NCBI GenBank assembly: GCA_963842975.1 | Contig: CAWJIH010000005.1 | Location: 81,715-145,714, forward strand | Direction: 5' to 3' | DNA from: an uncultured Actinomycetes bacterium | GTDB taxonomy: Bacteria; Actinomycetota; Actinomycetes; S36-B12; UBA10799 | Length of the DNA: 64,000 bases | Shown: positions 29,401-40,246 of the stretch, one piece after another | How positions within the stretch are numbered: the stretch's first letter is position 1 | How the letters are laid out: each line of letters starts with the position of its first letter | The notes under the pieces: model-generated | Told to the model about the DNA's origin: nothing | What the model saw: the letters and a program-made list of their open reading frames with translations, nothing else | Databases searched by the model: none | Translations under genes and position numbers: made by a program

Positions 29401-29458
29401 CGTCAAGCCCGACGACGTCATTGAGACCTATGAGATGCGGCAGAAGGAGCGCGCATGA
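26402..29458 (+). CDS. infB: Translation initiation factor IF-2
   Basis: Starts [14 protein letters not shown], then a long P/A/G-rich linker, the GTPase domain [16 protein letters not shown]...DTPGHEAF...NKID, and conserved C-terminal domains. 1018 aa. Confidence 0.97.
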   Translation: MSKVRVYEVAKELGIESKEAVAKLRELGEFVKSASSSIEAPAAKKLRAAYAGSAPAEAPAKAPAKKPRPTPKSAARPAATPASAPKPSATPSPASPASIIGATPAGKKPAVPAAPAASTPAPPATEVPTTAAPAPSPAQQPAQPVAQPAAPQTAPAAPSPASGTVPAPVPGRPAGPAPRKPAAAPAAPASAPAAKAGEAPRQGAKPAAGASTPGTAAPAGGRGPAPSSGAPRPTPGTPGKRPGNRPAGGSRPGNNPFSSSQGMRASGPRPGNNPFSSSQGMKPDAPAPGGPRPNPNMMPPRPRKPAAPAGRGGPRPGGGRDGRPGGGGGGAGRGGQSSGGQRPGGAPTTAGRPGQGRPGGGGPGRPGQAGGAFGRPAGPGGRFGGRPGRKSRKSKRAKRQEFDNMAAPTLGGAKVAMGDGRTIRLPRGASLTDLAERIDVNPAALVAALFSLGEVVTATQSVGDETLELLGAELNYDIQVVSPEDEDRELLGRFNIEFGENEGDLDDLQSRPPVVTVMGHVDHGKTKLLDALRHTNVVSGEAGGITQHIGAYQVRAHPGEDSERAITFIDTPGHEAFTAMRARGAKVTDIAILVVAADDGVKPQTIEALNHAQAADVPIVVAVNKIDKEGADPTKVRGQLTEYGLVAEEYGGETIFVDVSALQRQGIDELLEAVLLTADATLDLQANPDQDAQGVAIEAHLDKGRGPVATVLVQRGTLRPGDSIVAGDAHGRVRAMLDEFGNTLAEATPSRPVQVLGLTSVPGAGDTFLVVEEDRVARQIANTRQARERNAQLAQSRGRRTLEDFLKQVERGVVEELKLILKGDVSGSVEALEDALVKLEVGDDVSLRVIHRGVGAITENDVTLASASDAVIIGFNVRPEGKARELAERENVDVRYYSIIYQAIEDVEAALKGMLKPEFEEAQLGTAEVREVFRSSKFGNIAGCLVRSGLIKRNSKARLVRDGVVVADNLGVQSLRRFKDDVTEVREGYECGIGLGSFNDVKPDDVIETYEMRQKERA
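27152..27259 (+). repeat. 54-bp tandem duplication inside the infB low-complexity linker
   Basis: CGTCCGGGCAACAACCC(G/A)TTCAGCAGCAGCCAAGG occurs at 27152-27186 and 27206-27240 (1 mismatch). It encodes [13 protein letters not shown] twice. Confidence 0.85.
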
Positions 29459-29889
29459 GCGAGGCCCGTGCACGGCGGCTGGCTGAAGTGATCCACGAAG
29501 TCGTCGCCGAGGCCTTGAAGTTCAAGGTGAAGGATCCACGAGTCGGCTTCGTCACGGTCACCGACGTCCGCGTCACTCCCGACCTACGCGACGCGACGGT
29601 GTTCTACACCGTGCTGGGCGATGCGGCGGAGCAGGAATCGACGGCACGGGCGCTGGACTCGGCCACCGGGTTGCTGCGGTCGGAGGTGGGCAAGGAAACG
29701 GGTGTCAAGTTCACCCCGACCTTGACCTTCACCCCGGACGCAGTGCCGGAGAATGCGCGCCACATTGAGGATCTGCTGCGCACGGTTGCCGAGCGGGACT
29801 CCGAGATCGCTGCCGCCGCCGAGGGAGCGCACTTCGCCGGTGAGCCCGATCCCTATCGGAGCGAGGAACCCCCAACGGATCACGCGTGA
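29455..29889 (+). CDS. rbfA: Ribosome-binding factor A
   Basis: ATGA overlap with inf[13 protein letters not shown]...[29 protein letters not shown]. Confidence 0.93.
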   Translation: MSEARARRLAEVIHEVVAEALKFKVKDPRVGFVTVTDVRVTPDLRDATVFYTVLGDAAEQESTARALDSATGLLRSEVGKETGVKFTPTLTFTPDAVPENARHIEDLLRTVAERDSEIAAAAEGAHFAGEPDPYRSEEPPTDHA

Positions 29890-30899
29890 CGCAGGTTGTG
29901 CGCGGCGACGAGTGGAACGCACTCGTCGCCGCCCTCCGCGGTAGCCGCAGAGTGCTGCTGGTGGGCCACGTGAATCCGGATCCAGACGCCTTGGGATCGT
30001 CATTGGCCCTCGGGTTGGCACTGCGTGATGCCGGGTGGGACGGCGTTGAGGTGAGCTTTGACGCCGATCCTTTTGTGGTTCCGCGGGCCTGCGCATGGCT
30101 ACCCGGGGTTGACGAACTTGTGGTTCCACCAGACGCGGTGATGACGTCGCCGGACTGCGTCGTGGCTCTGGACTGTGCCGCGGCGGATCGGCTTGGTGGA
30201 CTGCTCCCGGTCGCGAATCACGCACCGGTGTTCGCGGTGCTTGACCACCACCGGTCCAATCCTGGATTCGCCAGCATCAACGTCGTGGATCCGGAGGCTG
30301 CGGCCACCGGAGAGTTGGTCGCCGAACTCATCGCCGACTTGGGTATCCCGTGGTCCCGCGACATCGCGACGAATCTCTATGCGGCGATCTCTTCGGACAC
30401 GGGTAGTTTCCGATTCCCGGCGACTACCGCGGCAACCCACGAACTCGCGGCGCGACTCCTCGCGACCGGTATCGACCACGCCCGGTTGGCGGTGATGCTG
30501 TTTTCGAATCGCCCCCTTGTGGTTGCGCGGCTCGCGGGCCGGGTCGTGTCCGAGGCGGAATACTTCCCCGATGCTGCCGGCGGCGCAGGGTTGCTGGTTG
30601 GCCGGGTCAGCCGGGGCGACCGCGCGGCAGATGCGATCGCCTTCGACGAAGTGGAGTCGGTGGTGGGGGACCTCGCCGCCGTCGGTGCGGTCGACGTCGC
30701 CGTCCTGTTGAAAGAGGACGATCACGGATTGTGGCGGGTCTCGGCACGAAGCAAGGGAGCGGTCGATCTGGGCGCCTTCGCCACGCGTCGTGGCGGCGGT
30801 GGGCACACCGGCGCAGCTGGCTACTCCGGAGTCGGTGATGCTGATGCCATCACCGCGGACCTGCTGGCTGGGGTAGCCGAATTTCTGGTGGCCGGATGA
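29886..30899 (+). CDS. nrnA: DHH/DHHA1 family oligoribonuclease / pAp phosphatase (NrnA/CnpB-like)
   Basis: VGHVNPDPDALGS, DHH (VLDHHRSN) and GGGHTGAAG (DHHA1). GTGA overlap with rbfA. Confidence 0.88.
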   Translation: MTQVVRGDEWNALVAALRGSRRVLLVGHVNPDPDALGSSLALGLALRDAGWDGVEVSFDADPFVVPRACAWLPGVDELVVPPDAVMTSPDCVVALDCAAADRLGGLLPVANHAPVFAVLDHHRSNPGFASINVVDPEAAATGELVAELIADLGIPWSRDIATNLYAAISSDTGSFRFPATTAATHELAARLLATGIDHARLAVMLFSNRPLVVARLAGRVVSEAEYFPDAAGGAGLLVGRVSRGDRAADAIAFDEVESVVGDLAAVGAVDVAVLLKEDDHGLWRVSARSKGAVDLGAFATRRGGGGHTGAAGYSGVGDADAITADLLAGVAEFLVAG

Positions 30900-31852
30900 C
30901 GCAGCAGCCGGATCCCGGCGCGACGGCATCCGGCTTCGTATTCATCGACAAACCGGCGGGAATCACCAGTCACGACGTCGTCGCGAAAGTGCGCCGGGGG
31001 ATCCGTCAGCGGAGAGTGGGCCATGCGGGCACGTTGGATCCGCTGGCCACCGGAGTGTTGGTGCTCGGCGTCGGACGCGCCACCAGGCTCTTGGGGTTGG
31101 CTGCCGCTGCCGACAAGACCTACACGGCCACCATCAGGCTGGGGGAGGCCACAACCACCGACGACTCGGAAGGTGAAGTCAGCGGGGGATCAACGGCATC
31201 GGGCGTGACGTTGGCGCAGGTTGCTGCTGCGGTCCCCAGCTTTTGTGGCGTCATTGAGCAGCGTCCGAGCACCATCAGTGCGATCAAGGTCGACGGCAAA
31301 CGCGCCTATGCCAGAGCACGCGCCGGGGAGCAGGTCGAACTCAAAACTCGAAGTGTGGTGGTGCACGAGTTTGCAGTCGAGGGTGCCACTCACCCGCCGG
31401 GTCACCCAGACCTGTTCGATGTGGAGGTTCGGGTGCGGTGCGGAACCGGCACCTACATCCGCGCCTTGGCCCGCGACCTCGGCGACATGCTTGGCACCGG
31501 CGGCCACCTCACGCGGCTGCGTCGAGTGGAATCGTCCGGTGTCGGCATCGAAGAGTGCACCACGCTTGAGGACTTCGGGGCAGCACCATCAGTGCGACCG
31601 GTGAGTGCGGTGATTGACCGCTGGCTGCCCGTCTACTGCCTCGACGATGCCGCGATCCGAAGAGTTCGACAAGGTCAACGGTTGCCACGTGCCATGCTCG
31701 CACCCAGTCAGCAGACATCAGGCAGGGAGCTTGATGAAGGGTCTGGGCAGGTGGCGATCGCGGCGGCTGACGGTGCGGTGGTGGCCGTCGCTGAGGTGAG
31801 TGAGTCGGGGATCGCGCCAACCATAGTGCTGTCCCCGCACGATCAACGATAG
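30896..31852 (+). CDS. truB: tRNA pseudouridine(55) synthase
   Basis: GFVFIDKPAGITSHDVV...VGHAGTLDPLATGVLVLGVGRATRL and YIRALARDLG. ATGA overlap with nrnA. Confidence 0.95.
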   Translation: MTQQPDPGATASGFVFIDKPAGITSHDVVAKVRRGIRQRRVGHAGTLDPLATGVLVLGVGRATRLLGLAAAADKTYTATIRLGEATTTDDSEGEVSGGSTASGVTLAQVAAAVPSFCGVIEQRPSTISAIKVDGKRAYARARAGEQVELKTRSVVVHEFAVEGATHPPGHPDLFDVEVRVRCGTGTYIRALARDLGDMLGTGGHLTRLRRVESSGVGIEECTTLEDFGAAPSVRPVSAVIDRWLPVYCLDDAAIRRVRQGQRLPRAMLAPSQQTSGRELDEGSGQVAIAAADGAVVAVAEVSESGIAPTIVLSPHDQR

Positions 31853-31925
31853 AGTCACCACGAGTCCGCGGTCGTGATTGGCCGCTTCGCGGAACCGCCT
31901 TGCCTCACCCTCTGGAGACGCCCAA

Positions 31926-32882
31926 GTGAAGCGCTGGTACAGCCTCAACGACGTGGAGAACTGTTCCCCTGTGGTCGCAATTGGGGTGTACGACGGCGTC
32001 CACCGTGGCCACCGGTTACTCGTTCGTCGGGCGGTTGCCGATGCTCGTGCAGCCGGCGTACCCGCGGTGGTGGTGACCTTTGATCCCAACCCGTCGGAGG
32101 TCCTTAAACCGGAGCCACCCACCAGACTCTCGACCCTGGCGCAACGGTTGCTGCTACTCGAATCACTCGGCGTTGATGCCACCTTCGTGTGCCCGTTCGA
32201 CACAGCGACGTCCAAGCAGTCGCCAGCGGACTTCGTCGACGAGGTCCTGATCGGTGCCCTTGGGGCGTCGGTGATAGTCGTGGGTGAAAACTTCCGATTC
32301 GGTCATCGTGCGGCTGGCGATGTCGACACGCTGCGCGAATTCGGTGCCCGACGTGGAATGGAGGTGGATTCCGTTCCACTGCTTCGGCAAGAACTGCTGG
32401 GGCGCCATGATGTTCCCATCAGTTCCACCGAGATTCGCGCGCTGGTGGCCAACGGGGAAATCAGCGCCGCCACTCGGGGTCTGGCTCGGCCGCATCGGGT
32501 GGAGGGGGAAGTGGTGGAAGGTGATCGTCGAGGTCGTGAGCTCGGGTATCCAACAGCGAACCTGCGCACCACCGAACTGAGTGCGATTCCCGCCGACGGG
32601 GTCTACGCCGGACGGCTGGTCGTCTCGCCCTACGGTTCTGAGCAGCGGGCTTTCCCCGCGGCCATCAGCGTGGGCGACAACCCCACCTTTGAGGGTCAGA
32701 CCAGGAGGGTGGAGGCCTTCGCGATCGACGCGCCCGAGGATTTGGACATTTACAACACCCATGTGGCGGTTGATTTCGTCTCCCGGCTGCGCCGACAAAT
32801 CGCCTTCACCTCCACCGATTCGTTGGTCGCGCAGATGGCCAAAGACGTGACCGAAGCCCGCGCCCAGGTGGGCGTCGGGTAG
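31926..32882 (+). CDS. ribF: Bifunctional riboflavin kinase / FMN adenylyltransferase
   Basis: VAIGVYDGVHRGHRLL, GENFRFGHRAAGD, GDRRGRELGYPTANL and PTFEG. The start is uncertain: GTG 31926 is chosen, and the ORF is open from 31878. Confidence 0.9.
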   Translation: MKRWYSLNDVENCSPVVAIGVYDGVHRGHRLLVRRAVADARAAGVPAVVVTFDPNPSEVLKPEPPTRLSTLAQRLLLLESLGVDATFVCPFDTATSKQSPADFVDEVLIGALGASVIVVGENFRFGHRAAGDVDTLREFGARRGMEVDSVPLLRQELLGRHDVPISSTEIRALVANGEISAATRGLARPHRVEGEVVEGDRRGRELGYPTANLRTTELSAIPADGVYAGRLVVSPYGSEQRAFPAAISVGDNPTFEGQTRRVEAFAIDAPEDLDIYNTHVAVDFVSRLRRQIAFTSTDSLVAQMAKDVTEARAQVGVG

Positions 32883-32987
32883 CATTGGGCCAATGTCACT
32901 GGACGGACGCCCGGTGATCCTTTCCTCGCCCACCGCCGTGCCACACGAGTGTGCACATTAGGGCCTGACCCGCGTCCGAGAGGAACA

Positions 32988-33257
32988 ATGTCGATCGACA
33001 ACGAGACCAAGCAGCGCATCATCGGCGAATACGCCACCCACGAGGGCGACACTGGGAGCCCAGAGGTCCAGGTAGCGCTGCTGTCCCACCGTATTTCTCA
33101 CTTGACGGAGCACCTGAAGACGCACAAACACGACCACCACTCGCGGCGCGGTCTGCTGCTGCTCGTGGGTCGTCGCCGTCGACTGCTCAACTACGTCGCG
33201 AAGAACGACATCGAACGTTACCGCGCACTTATTGAACGCCTTGGTCTGCGTCGCTAG
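32988..33257 (+). CDS. rpsO: 30S ribosomal protein S15
   Basis: [52 protein letters not shown]. 89 aa. SD GAGAGGA upstream. Confidence 0.97.
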   Translation: MSIDNETKQRIIGEYATHEGDTGSPEVQVALLSHRISHLTEHLKTHKHDHHSRRGLLLLVGRRRRLLNYVAKNDIERYRALIERLGLRR

Positions 33258-33349
33258 TTGCGGCCACCAGTAGCCGACCAACAAAAACCCACCCGCCCGC
33301 CGCCGTAGAGCCGCGCGGATCGAGTTGTGGGACGGTCCTCGGTGGTGGC

Positions 33350-33382
33350 CTCCGAAGTTGACGCACACTATCCCCTTCGGAG
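33350..33382 (+). promoter_or_regulatory. Hairpin in the rpsO-pnp intergenic leader
   Basis: CTCCGAAG (33350-33357) pairs with CTTCGGAG (33375-33382) around a 17-nt loop. It is nested next to a longer-range pairing, GGCCACCA (33262-33269) with TGGTGGCC (33343-33350). Confidence 0.4.
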
Positions 33383-33454
33383 CCCTCGATCGAAGACCGC
33401 ACCACCCACCGTGGCGCAACATTCGGCGAGGGCCCATCACGAAGGAGGAACCCT

Positions 33455-35659
33455 ATGGAGGGTCCCGAAGTTCACACCGCAACTGCGGTCCTAGATAACG
33501 GACCGTTCGGTACCAAAGAGATCAGGTTCGAAACCGGTCGGCTAGCCCGGCAGGCAGCCGGATCGGCCGTCGCCTATTTGGACGACGACACCATGCTGCT
33601 GTCAGCCACCACTGCCAGCAAGCACCCGAAGGAGCACTTCGACTTCTTCCCGCTGACGGTCGACGTCGAGGAGCGGATGTACGCCGCGGGGCGTATTCCT
33701 GGATCGTTCTTCCGCCGCGAAGGCCGCCCGAGCGAAGACGCCATCCTCACCTGTCGGCTGATCGACCGTCCGCTGCGCCCGACCTTCGTCAAGGGTCTGC
33801 GCAACGAGGTGCAGGTCGTCGTCACTGTGCTGTCGCTGAATCCCGACCACCTCTACGACGTGCTGGCCATCAATGCCGCCTCGTTGTCCACCCAGCTGTC
33901 CGGTCTGCCCTTCTCCGGGCCTATCGGCGCTGTCCGGGTGGCGCTCATCGACGGTCGTTGGGTGGCCTTCCCGGGTCACGCCGACCTTGAGCGGGCCGTG
34001 TTCGACATGGTTGTTGCTGGCCGCGTGGTGGGCGACGATGTCGCGATCATGATGGTTGAGGCCGAGGCCACGGACGAAACGGTCGACCTCGTCGCCGGTG
34101 GCGCGACCGCCCCGACCGAGGACGTCGTGGCGGAGGGACTGGAGGCGGCGAAGCCGTTCATCCGCACCCTCTGCGATGCACAGTCGGAGTTGGTGTCGGT
34201 TGCGGGCAAGCCGACGAAGGACTACCCGGTCTTCCTTGAGTTCCAGCCGGATGCCTACGACGCAGTGGCCCGAGTTGCCACCGACGACCTGGCCGCGGCG
34301 CTCACGATCGCGGACAAGCTCGAGCGCCAGGAGGCGCAGGACCGAGTCAAGGATCGCGTCGTCGACGAGTTGGCTGACTCCTTCGAGGGTCGCGAGAAAG
34401 AACTCGGTGGGGCGCTCAATGCGCTGACCAAGAAGTTGATTCGCCAGCGCATCCTGACTGATCAGGTACGCATCGATGGCCGCGGTGTCACCGACATCCG
34501 CACCTTGAGTGCCGAGGTGGAAGTCATTCCCAGGGCACACGGCTCGGCGCTGTTCGAGCGCGGCGAGACTCAGATCATGGGCGTGACCACGCTGAACATG
34601 CTGCGGATGGAACAGCAGCTCGACACGCTGTCGCCAACGACGCGCAAGCGCTACATGCACAACTACAACTTCCCGCCCTACTCCACGGGCGAGACCGGTC
34701 GCGTGGGTAGCCCGAAGCGTCGCGAAATCGGCCACGGAGCGCTCGCCGAGCGGGCATTGGTTCCCGTGCTCCCCAAGCGGGATGACTTCCCCTACGCGAT
34801 CCGGCAGGTCTCGGAGGCGCTCGGATCGAACGGATCCACCTCCATGGGATCGGTTTGCGCGTCCACGATGAGCCTGCTCAATGCCGGTGTGCCGCTGCGT
34901 GCCCCGGTTGCCGGCATCGCCATGGGTCTGGTGTCCGATGAGGTCGACGGTGAGACTCGCTATGTGGCGTTGACCGACATCCTCGGAGCCGAAGACGCCT
35001 ACGGCGACATGGACTTCAAGGTTGCCGGCACCAAGGAGTTCGTCACCGCACTCCAACTCGACACCAAACTCGATGGCATTCCGGCGTCGGTGTTGGCCTC
35101 CGCGCTGCAGCAGGCACGGGCAGCCCGGCTGGCCGTCCTCGAGGTCATGCTCGAGGCGATCGACGCTCCGGACGAGATCAACGAACTGGCGCCCCGGATC
35201 ATCCGGGTGACCATCCCGGTCGACAAGATCGGCGAAGTGATCGGGCCGAAGGGCAAGATCATCAACCAGATCCAGGAGGAGACCGGAGCCGACATCGCGA
35301 TCGAAGATGACGGCACGATCTTCATCGGCGCCACCAACGGGCCGGCGGCGGAAGCGGCACGCGATCAGATCAACGCGATTGCGAATCCGACGTTGCCAAA
35401 TGTCGGCGACCGCTACCTCGGCACCGTCGTGAAGATCACCAACTTCGGCGCCTTCGTTTCGCTGGTGCCAGGCCGCGACGGGCTGCTGCACATCTCCGAG
35501 GTGAAGAAGTTGGTGCCAGGCAAGAAGCGCATCGACTCCGTGGAAGACGTGCTCAGCGTGGGCCAGAAGGTGCAAGTGGAGATCAAGGAAGTTGACCCGC
35601 GCGGCAAACTCAGCCTGATGCCCGTGTTGGAAGACGAGACCACCACTGACGAGAACTGA
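33455..35659 (+). CDS. pnp: Polyribonucleotide nucleotidyltransferase (PNPase)
   Basis: Two RNase PH domains plus KH and S1 domains. [33 protein letters not shown] and [17 protein letters not shown]. 734 aa. Confidence 0.97.
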   Translation: MEGPEVHTATAVLDNGPFGTKEIRFETGRLARQAAGSAVAYLDDDTMLLSATTASKHPKEHFDFFPLTVDVEERMYAAGRIPGSFFRREGRPSEDAILTCRLIDRPLRPTFVKGLRNEVQVVVTVLSLNPDHLYDVLAINAASLSTQLSGLPFSGPIGAVRVALIDGRWVAFPGHADLERAVFDMVVAGRVVGDDVAIMMVEAEATDETVDLVAGGATAPTEDVVAEGLEAAKPFIRTLCDAQSELVSVAGKPTKDYPVFLEFQPDAYDAVARVATDDLAAALTIADKLERQEAQDRVKDRVVDELADSFEGREKELGGALNALTKKLIRQRILTDQVRIDGRGVTDIRTLSAEVEVIPRAHGSALFERGETQIMGVTTLNMLRMEQQLDTLSPTTRKRYMHNYNFPPYSTGETGRVGSPKRREIGHGALAERALVPVLPKRDDFPYAIRQVSEALGSNGSTSMGSVCASTMSLLNAGVPLRAPVAGIAMGLVSDEVDGETRYVALTDILGAEDAYGDMDFKVAGTKEFVTALQLDTKLDGIPASVLASALQQARAARLAVLEVMLEAIDAPDEINELAPRIIRVTIPVDKIGEVIGPKGKIINQIQEETGADIAIEDDGTIFIGATNGPAAEAARDQINAIANPTLPNVGDRYLGTVVKITNFGAFVSLVPGRDGLLHISEVKKLVPGKKRIDSVEDVLSVGQKVQVEIKEVDPRGKLSLMPVLEDETTTDEN

Positions 35660-37794
<2,135 letters not shown>

Positions 37795-37798
37795 GGCG

Positions 37799-38275
37799 GT
37801 GAAGCCTCGCGTTTGGGCGTATCTGATGGCGGCTGGTGCCGCCGCCTACATGGGTTTCATGCTGCTGCAGGGGTGGCGGTTCTTCACTGCTGGAGGTGCG
37901 GTCACGGCCGTCCTTGGGCTGTCAGTGATGGTGTTGCCGCTCCTGGGCCTCTGGTTGGTGTGGCGGGAATTGGCGTTCGCCTCCACCGTGCAGCGACTTG
38001 CCGACCGGTTGGCCGAAGCTGGGCAGTTGCCGCCCGAGTTACCGCGGACGCCGTCTGGCCGGGTCCAACCGGACGCCGCTGCCGCCGAGTTCGATGCTGC
38101 AGTTGCACAGGTTGCTGCGGCACCACGTGATCCGGCCGCCTGGTTTCGCATGTCGCTTGCCTACGACGCCGGCCGCGACCGCCCCCGTGCTCGCGCCGCG
38201 ATGCGTTACGCCGTCGCGCTCGAATTAGGCAAGGCCCCCGCAGCGCCGCCCGAGCGCCTGAGCCCACCCGAGTAG
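37799..38275 (+). CDS. Conserved membrane protein of unknown function downstream of dapB
   Basis: GTG 5 nt after the dapB stop. Two N-terminal TM helices, then an Ala/Arg-rich helical tail. No recognisable catalytic motif. Confidence 0.55.
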   Translation: MKPRVWAYLMAAGAAAYMGFMLLQGWRFFTAGGAVTAVLGLSVMVLPLLGLWLVWRELAFASTVQRLADRLAEAGQLPPELPRTPSGRVQPDAAAAEFDAAVAQVAAAPRDPAAWFRMSLAYDAGRDRPRARAAMRYAVALELGKAPAAPPERLSPPE

Positions 38276-38285
38276 CCACACAACC

Positions 38286-38388
38286 CCCAGGGAGGGGCGC
38301 AGATGGGGCGCTGCGCAGCGTAAAGGCAAACAGCGCACGCTCAACTTCCCCCACGGACCAACGCCCCAGCGAAGCAGCGCCCCATCTG
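38286..38388 (+). repeat. Copy 1 of a 103-bp MITE/REP-like hairpin element
   Basis: Identical over 103/103 positions to 39007-39109. Inverted repeat 38294-38314 / 38374-38394 (19/21 complementary). Confidence 0.9.
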
Positions 38389-38390
38389 TT

Positions 38391-38462
38391 CCCCGACCGG
38401 GCGGTTGGGTTGCTCCCCGACCGGGCGGTTGAGCAGCGCCCCGACCGGGGCCCTGCAGGTAC
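38391..38462 (+). repeat. Three 24-bp tandem units, each starting with CCCCGACCGG
   Basis: Units at 38391, 38415 and 38439. The first two share CCCCGACCGGGCGGTTG. The array ends in the -10/start region of the PNPOx gene. Confidence 0.8.
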
Positions 38463-38465
38463 CCT
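38460..38465 (+). promoter_or_regulatory. -10-like hexamer TACCCT, 7 nt upstream of ATG 38473 (leaderless candidate)
   Basis: TACCCT-CCATCCC-ATG. Confidence 0.35.
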
Positions 38466-38472
38466 CCATCCC

Positions 38473-38925
38473 ATGCCCAGTTGGTCGCAGTTCGTCGCAG
38501 AAGCCCCCACCCTCGCCGCCAAAGTCCGTGCTGCCTTCGCGATTGGAGCCCACTGCACCATGGCCACCATCCGGGCCGATGGAGCTCCACGGATCAGCGG
38601 CACAGAGGTGGAGTTCACCGATACTGGTGTGTTCATCGGCACGAATGCGTCGGCGCGCAAGGCGCTCGACCTGCAGCGCGACGGCCGAATAGCCGTGCAC
38701 AGTCCCACTATCGATCCGGCACCGGACGGATCGTGGCCCGGCGAGGCGAAGTTCAGCGGCAGGGTGGTTCAGGTGCCAGCACCTGAGCCCTACCCGGCGG
38801 GTTCTGTCCGCTTCGAGATCGACCTCACCAGCGCGGTATTCACTGGCTTGACCGACGACCGAGCCCAACTGCGCGTCCAGCTCTGGCGTCCCGGCCGACC
38901 CACCGAGACGATGCTGCGCACCTAA
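38473..38925 (+). CDS. Pyridoxamine 5'-phosphate oxidase (PNPOx)-like split-barrel flavin/deazaflavin-binding family protein
   Basis: 150 aa. MATIRADGAPRISGTEVEF...GVFIG...ARKALDLQRDGRIAVHS is typical of small actinobacterial PNPOx-fold proteins. The ORF upstream of ATG 38473 is repeat sequence. Confidence 0.7.
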   Translation: MPSWSQFVAEAPTLAAKVRAAFAIGAHCTMATIRADGAPRISGTEVEFTDTGVFIGTNASARKALDLQRDGRIAVHSPTIDPAPDGSWPGEAKFSGRVVQVPAPEPYPAGSVRFEIDLTSAVFTGLTDDRAQLRVQLWRPGRPTETMLRT

Positions 38926-39006
38926 CCCAAGCCGACCCCCGAGGCGCCAGAGGCACCGACCCCAGGGAGGGAAGCAGGCGGGGCGCTCGACGGCGGGGCA
39001 CCGAAT

Positions 39007-39109
39007 CCCAGGGAGGGGCGCAGATGGGGCGCTGCGCAGCGTAAAGGCAAACAGCGCACGCTCAACTTCCCCCACGGACCAACGCCCCAGCGAAGCAGCG
39101 CCCCATCTG
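39007..39109 (+). repeat. Copy 2 of the 103-bp MITE/REP-like hairpin element
   Basis: Identical to 38286-38388. Perfect 21-bp inverted repeat 39015-39035 / 39095-39115 (GGGGCGCAGATGGGGCGCTGC). A degenerate extra 5' arm lies at 38961-38993. Confidence 0.9.
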
Positions 39110-39111
39110 CG

Positions 39112-39181
39112 CCCCGACCGGGCTGGTCGCCCCGACCGGCCTGGTCGCCCCGACCGGCGGTCGCCCGACCCGGTTGGGTCG
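39112..39181 (+). repeat. Four ~18-bp tandem units built on CCCCGACCGG..GGTCG
   Basis: Units start at 39112, 39130, 39148 and 39164 (18, 18, 16 and 18 bp). The array ends 2 nt from the azlD stop codon. Confidence 0.8.
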
Positions 39182-39182
39182 A

Positions 39183-39494
39183 TCAGGCCACTCCGGTGAA
39201 CGCGCGCACCCCCGCAGCCACCACAGCTGCGACCGCCAACACCAGCAGAAATGGCGCCCGCAGCAGCAGTGCGACGAAGGCCGCGGCCAGCCCGGCGACC
39301 CTGGCGTCGATGCTGATGTCGCCGTTATCGGTGAGGGCCGACACCGCGATGAGAGCCGCCAGCAGTGCCACCGGTAGCAGTAATGCAGCCCGTTTCGTGC
39401 GCTCCCCGGCGAGCCACGACTGCGGCACCGCAAAGCCAAGCGCCTTCTCACCCCAGGCCAGCAACGACGTCACGACCACCGCCAGGCCGGCCAT
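39183..39494 (-). CDS. azlD: Branched-chain amino acid exporter small subunit AzlD
   Basis: 103-aa, 3-4 TM hydrophobic protein. ATGA-coupled to the upstream AzlC gene. Confidence 0.8.
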   Translation of the reverse strand: MAGLAVVVTSLLAWGEKALGFAVPQSWLAGERTKRAALLLPVALLAALIAVSALTDNGDISIDARVAGLAAAFVALLLRAPFLLVLAVAAVVAAGVRAFTGVA

Positions 39495-40225
39495 CAGTCG
39501 GCCCCTTCGGCGAGCGTGGTCTGTGGTGGTCTGACGAAGGCCGCAATCACGGCCACCACCGCCCCTAGCAGCACGGGCAGACCAGGCGGTAGGAACGGTG
39601 TGGTCACGATGGCCAAGGCGCCTGCCGCAAGCGCGACAGTGATGGCGTTGCGAGAGGTGAGGCGCGGCCACAGCAAGGCCAGGAACGCCGCTGGCACCAT
39701 CGCGTCGAGGCCCCATCTGGCGGGGTCACCGAGGGATGCGGCCCCCAGTGCGCCAACCAGGGTGGCGATGTTCCAACCCGCGAAGACGGCAATCCCAGTG
39801 GCCCAGAAGGCAGTTCGGGCAGCTCGGGGTTCGGTCGGATCCTCGTTGGCCAGAGCCATGGCCGTGGACTCGTCGATGGTGAGGTGGGCCGCAAATGGCC
39901 GTTGCCAACCGCGAAGGTCGAGCATTGGTCGCACCGCTACCCCGTAGAGGGTATTGCGGGCGCCGAGGAGTAGCGCTGCACCCGCGGCGGCCACGGCACT
40001 GCCCCCAGCCGTGACCACTCCCACGTAGGCGAATTGGGAGCCCCCGGTGAACATCACCAGGGAAAGGACCATGGCCTGCCAGATAGCGAAACCACCTGCC
40101 ACCGCGAGGGCTCCGAAGGACAGCCCGTAGATGCCCACAGCGATGCCGATCGCCACACTGTTGTGAATGATTCCGCGTCGACGTTGGGGCCAGTCACTCG
40201 GCGCGGGGGAGTCAACGGCGGGCAC
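39494..40225 (-). CDS. azlC: Branched-chain amino acid exporter AzlC family permease
   Basis: 243 aa. GIAVGIYGLSFGALAVAGGF...FTGGSQFA...LLLGARNTLYG...HLTIDES are typical AzlC motifs. GTG start. Confidence 0.8.
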   Translation of the reverse strand: MPAVDSPAPSDWPQRRRGIIHNSVAIGIAVGIYGLSFGALAVAGGFAIWQAMVLSLVMFTGGSQFAYVGVVTAGGSAVAAAGAALLLGARNTLYGVAVRPMLDLRGWQRPFAAHLTIDESTAMALANEDPTEPRAARTAFWATGIAVFAGWNIATLVGALGAASLGDPARWGLDAMVPAAFLALLWPRLTSRNAITVALAAGALAIVTTPFLPPGLPVLLGAVVAVIAAFVRPPQTTLAEGAD

Positions 40226-40246
40226 GACGCCCGAGTGTAGGCCGGA

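Noticed and set aside
33602-35575. Very long antisense ORFs opposite well-conserved genes: 657 aa opposite pnp, 569 aa at 46516-48225 opposite rnj, 469 aa at 17058-18467 opposite dxr, 496 aa at 59753-61243 opposite recA/recX, 379 aa at 6027-7166 opposite the ureohydrolase, and 369 aa at 27845-28954 opposite infB.
   Set aside because: Their translations are R/G/H/P-rich with no recognisable motifs. They mirror the codon structure of highly conserved sense genes. Stop-poor antisense frames are expected in high-GC DNA, and I see no independent start or promoter signals.
38300-38388. Tiny ORFs inside the hairpin element: MGRCAA on the plus strand and MGRCFAGALVRGGS on the minus strand.
   Set aside because: Both arise from the ATGGGGCGCTGC string that is part of the inverted repeat. 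There is no SD or -10 at a suitable distance. They are most likely a by-product of the repeat symmetry.
38391-39181. CRISPR array.
   Set aside because: The units are contiguous 16-24-bp tandem repeats with no unique spacers, there are only 3-4 units per site, and no cas genes are present. This is a minisatellite, not a CRISPR.
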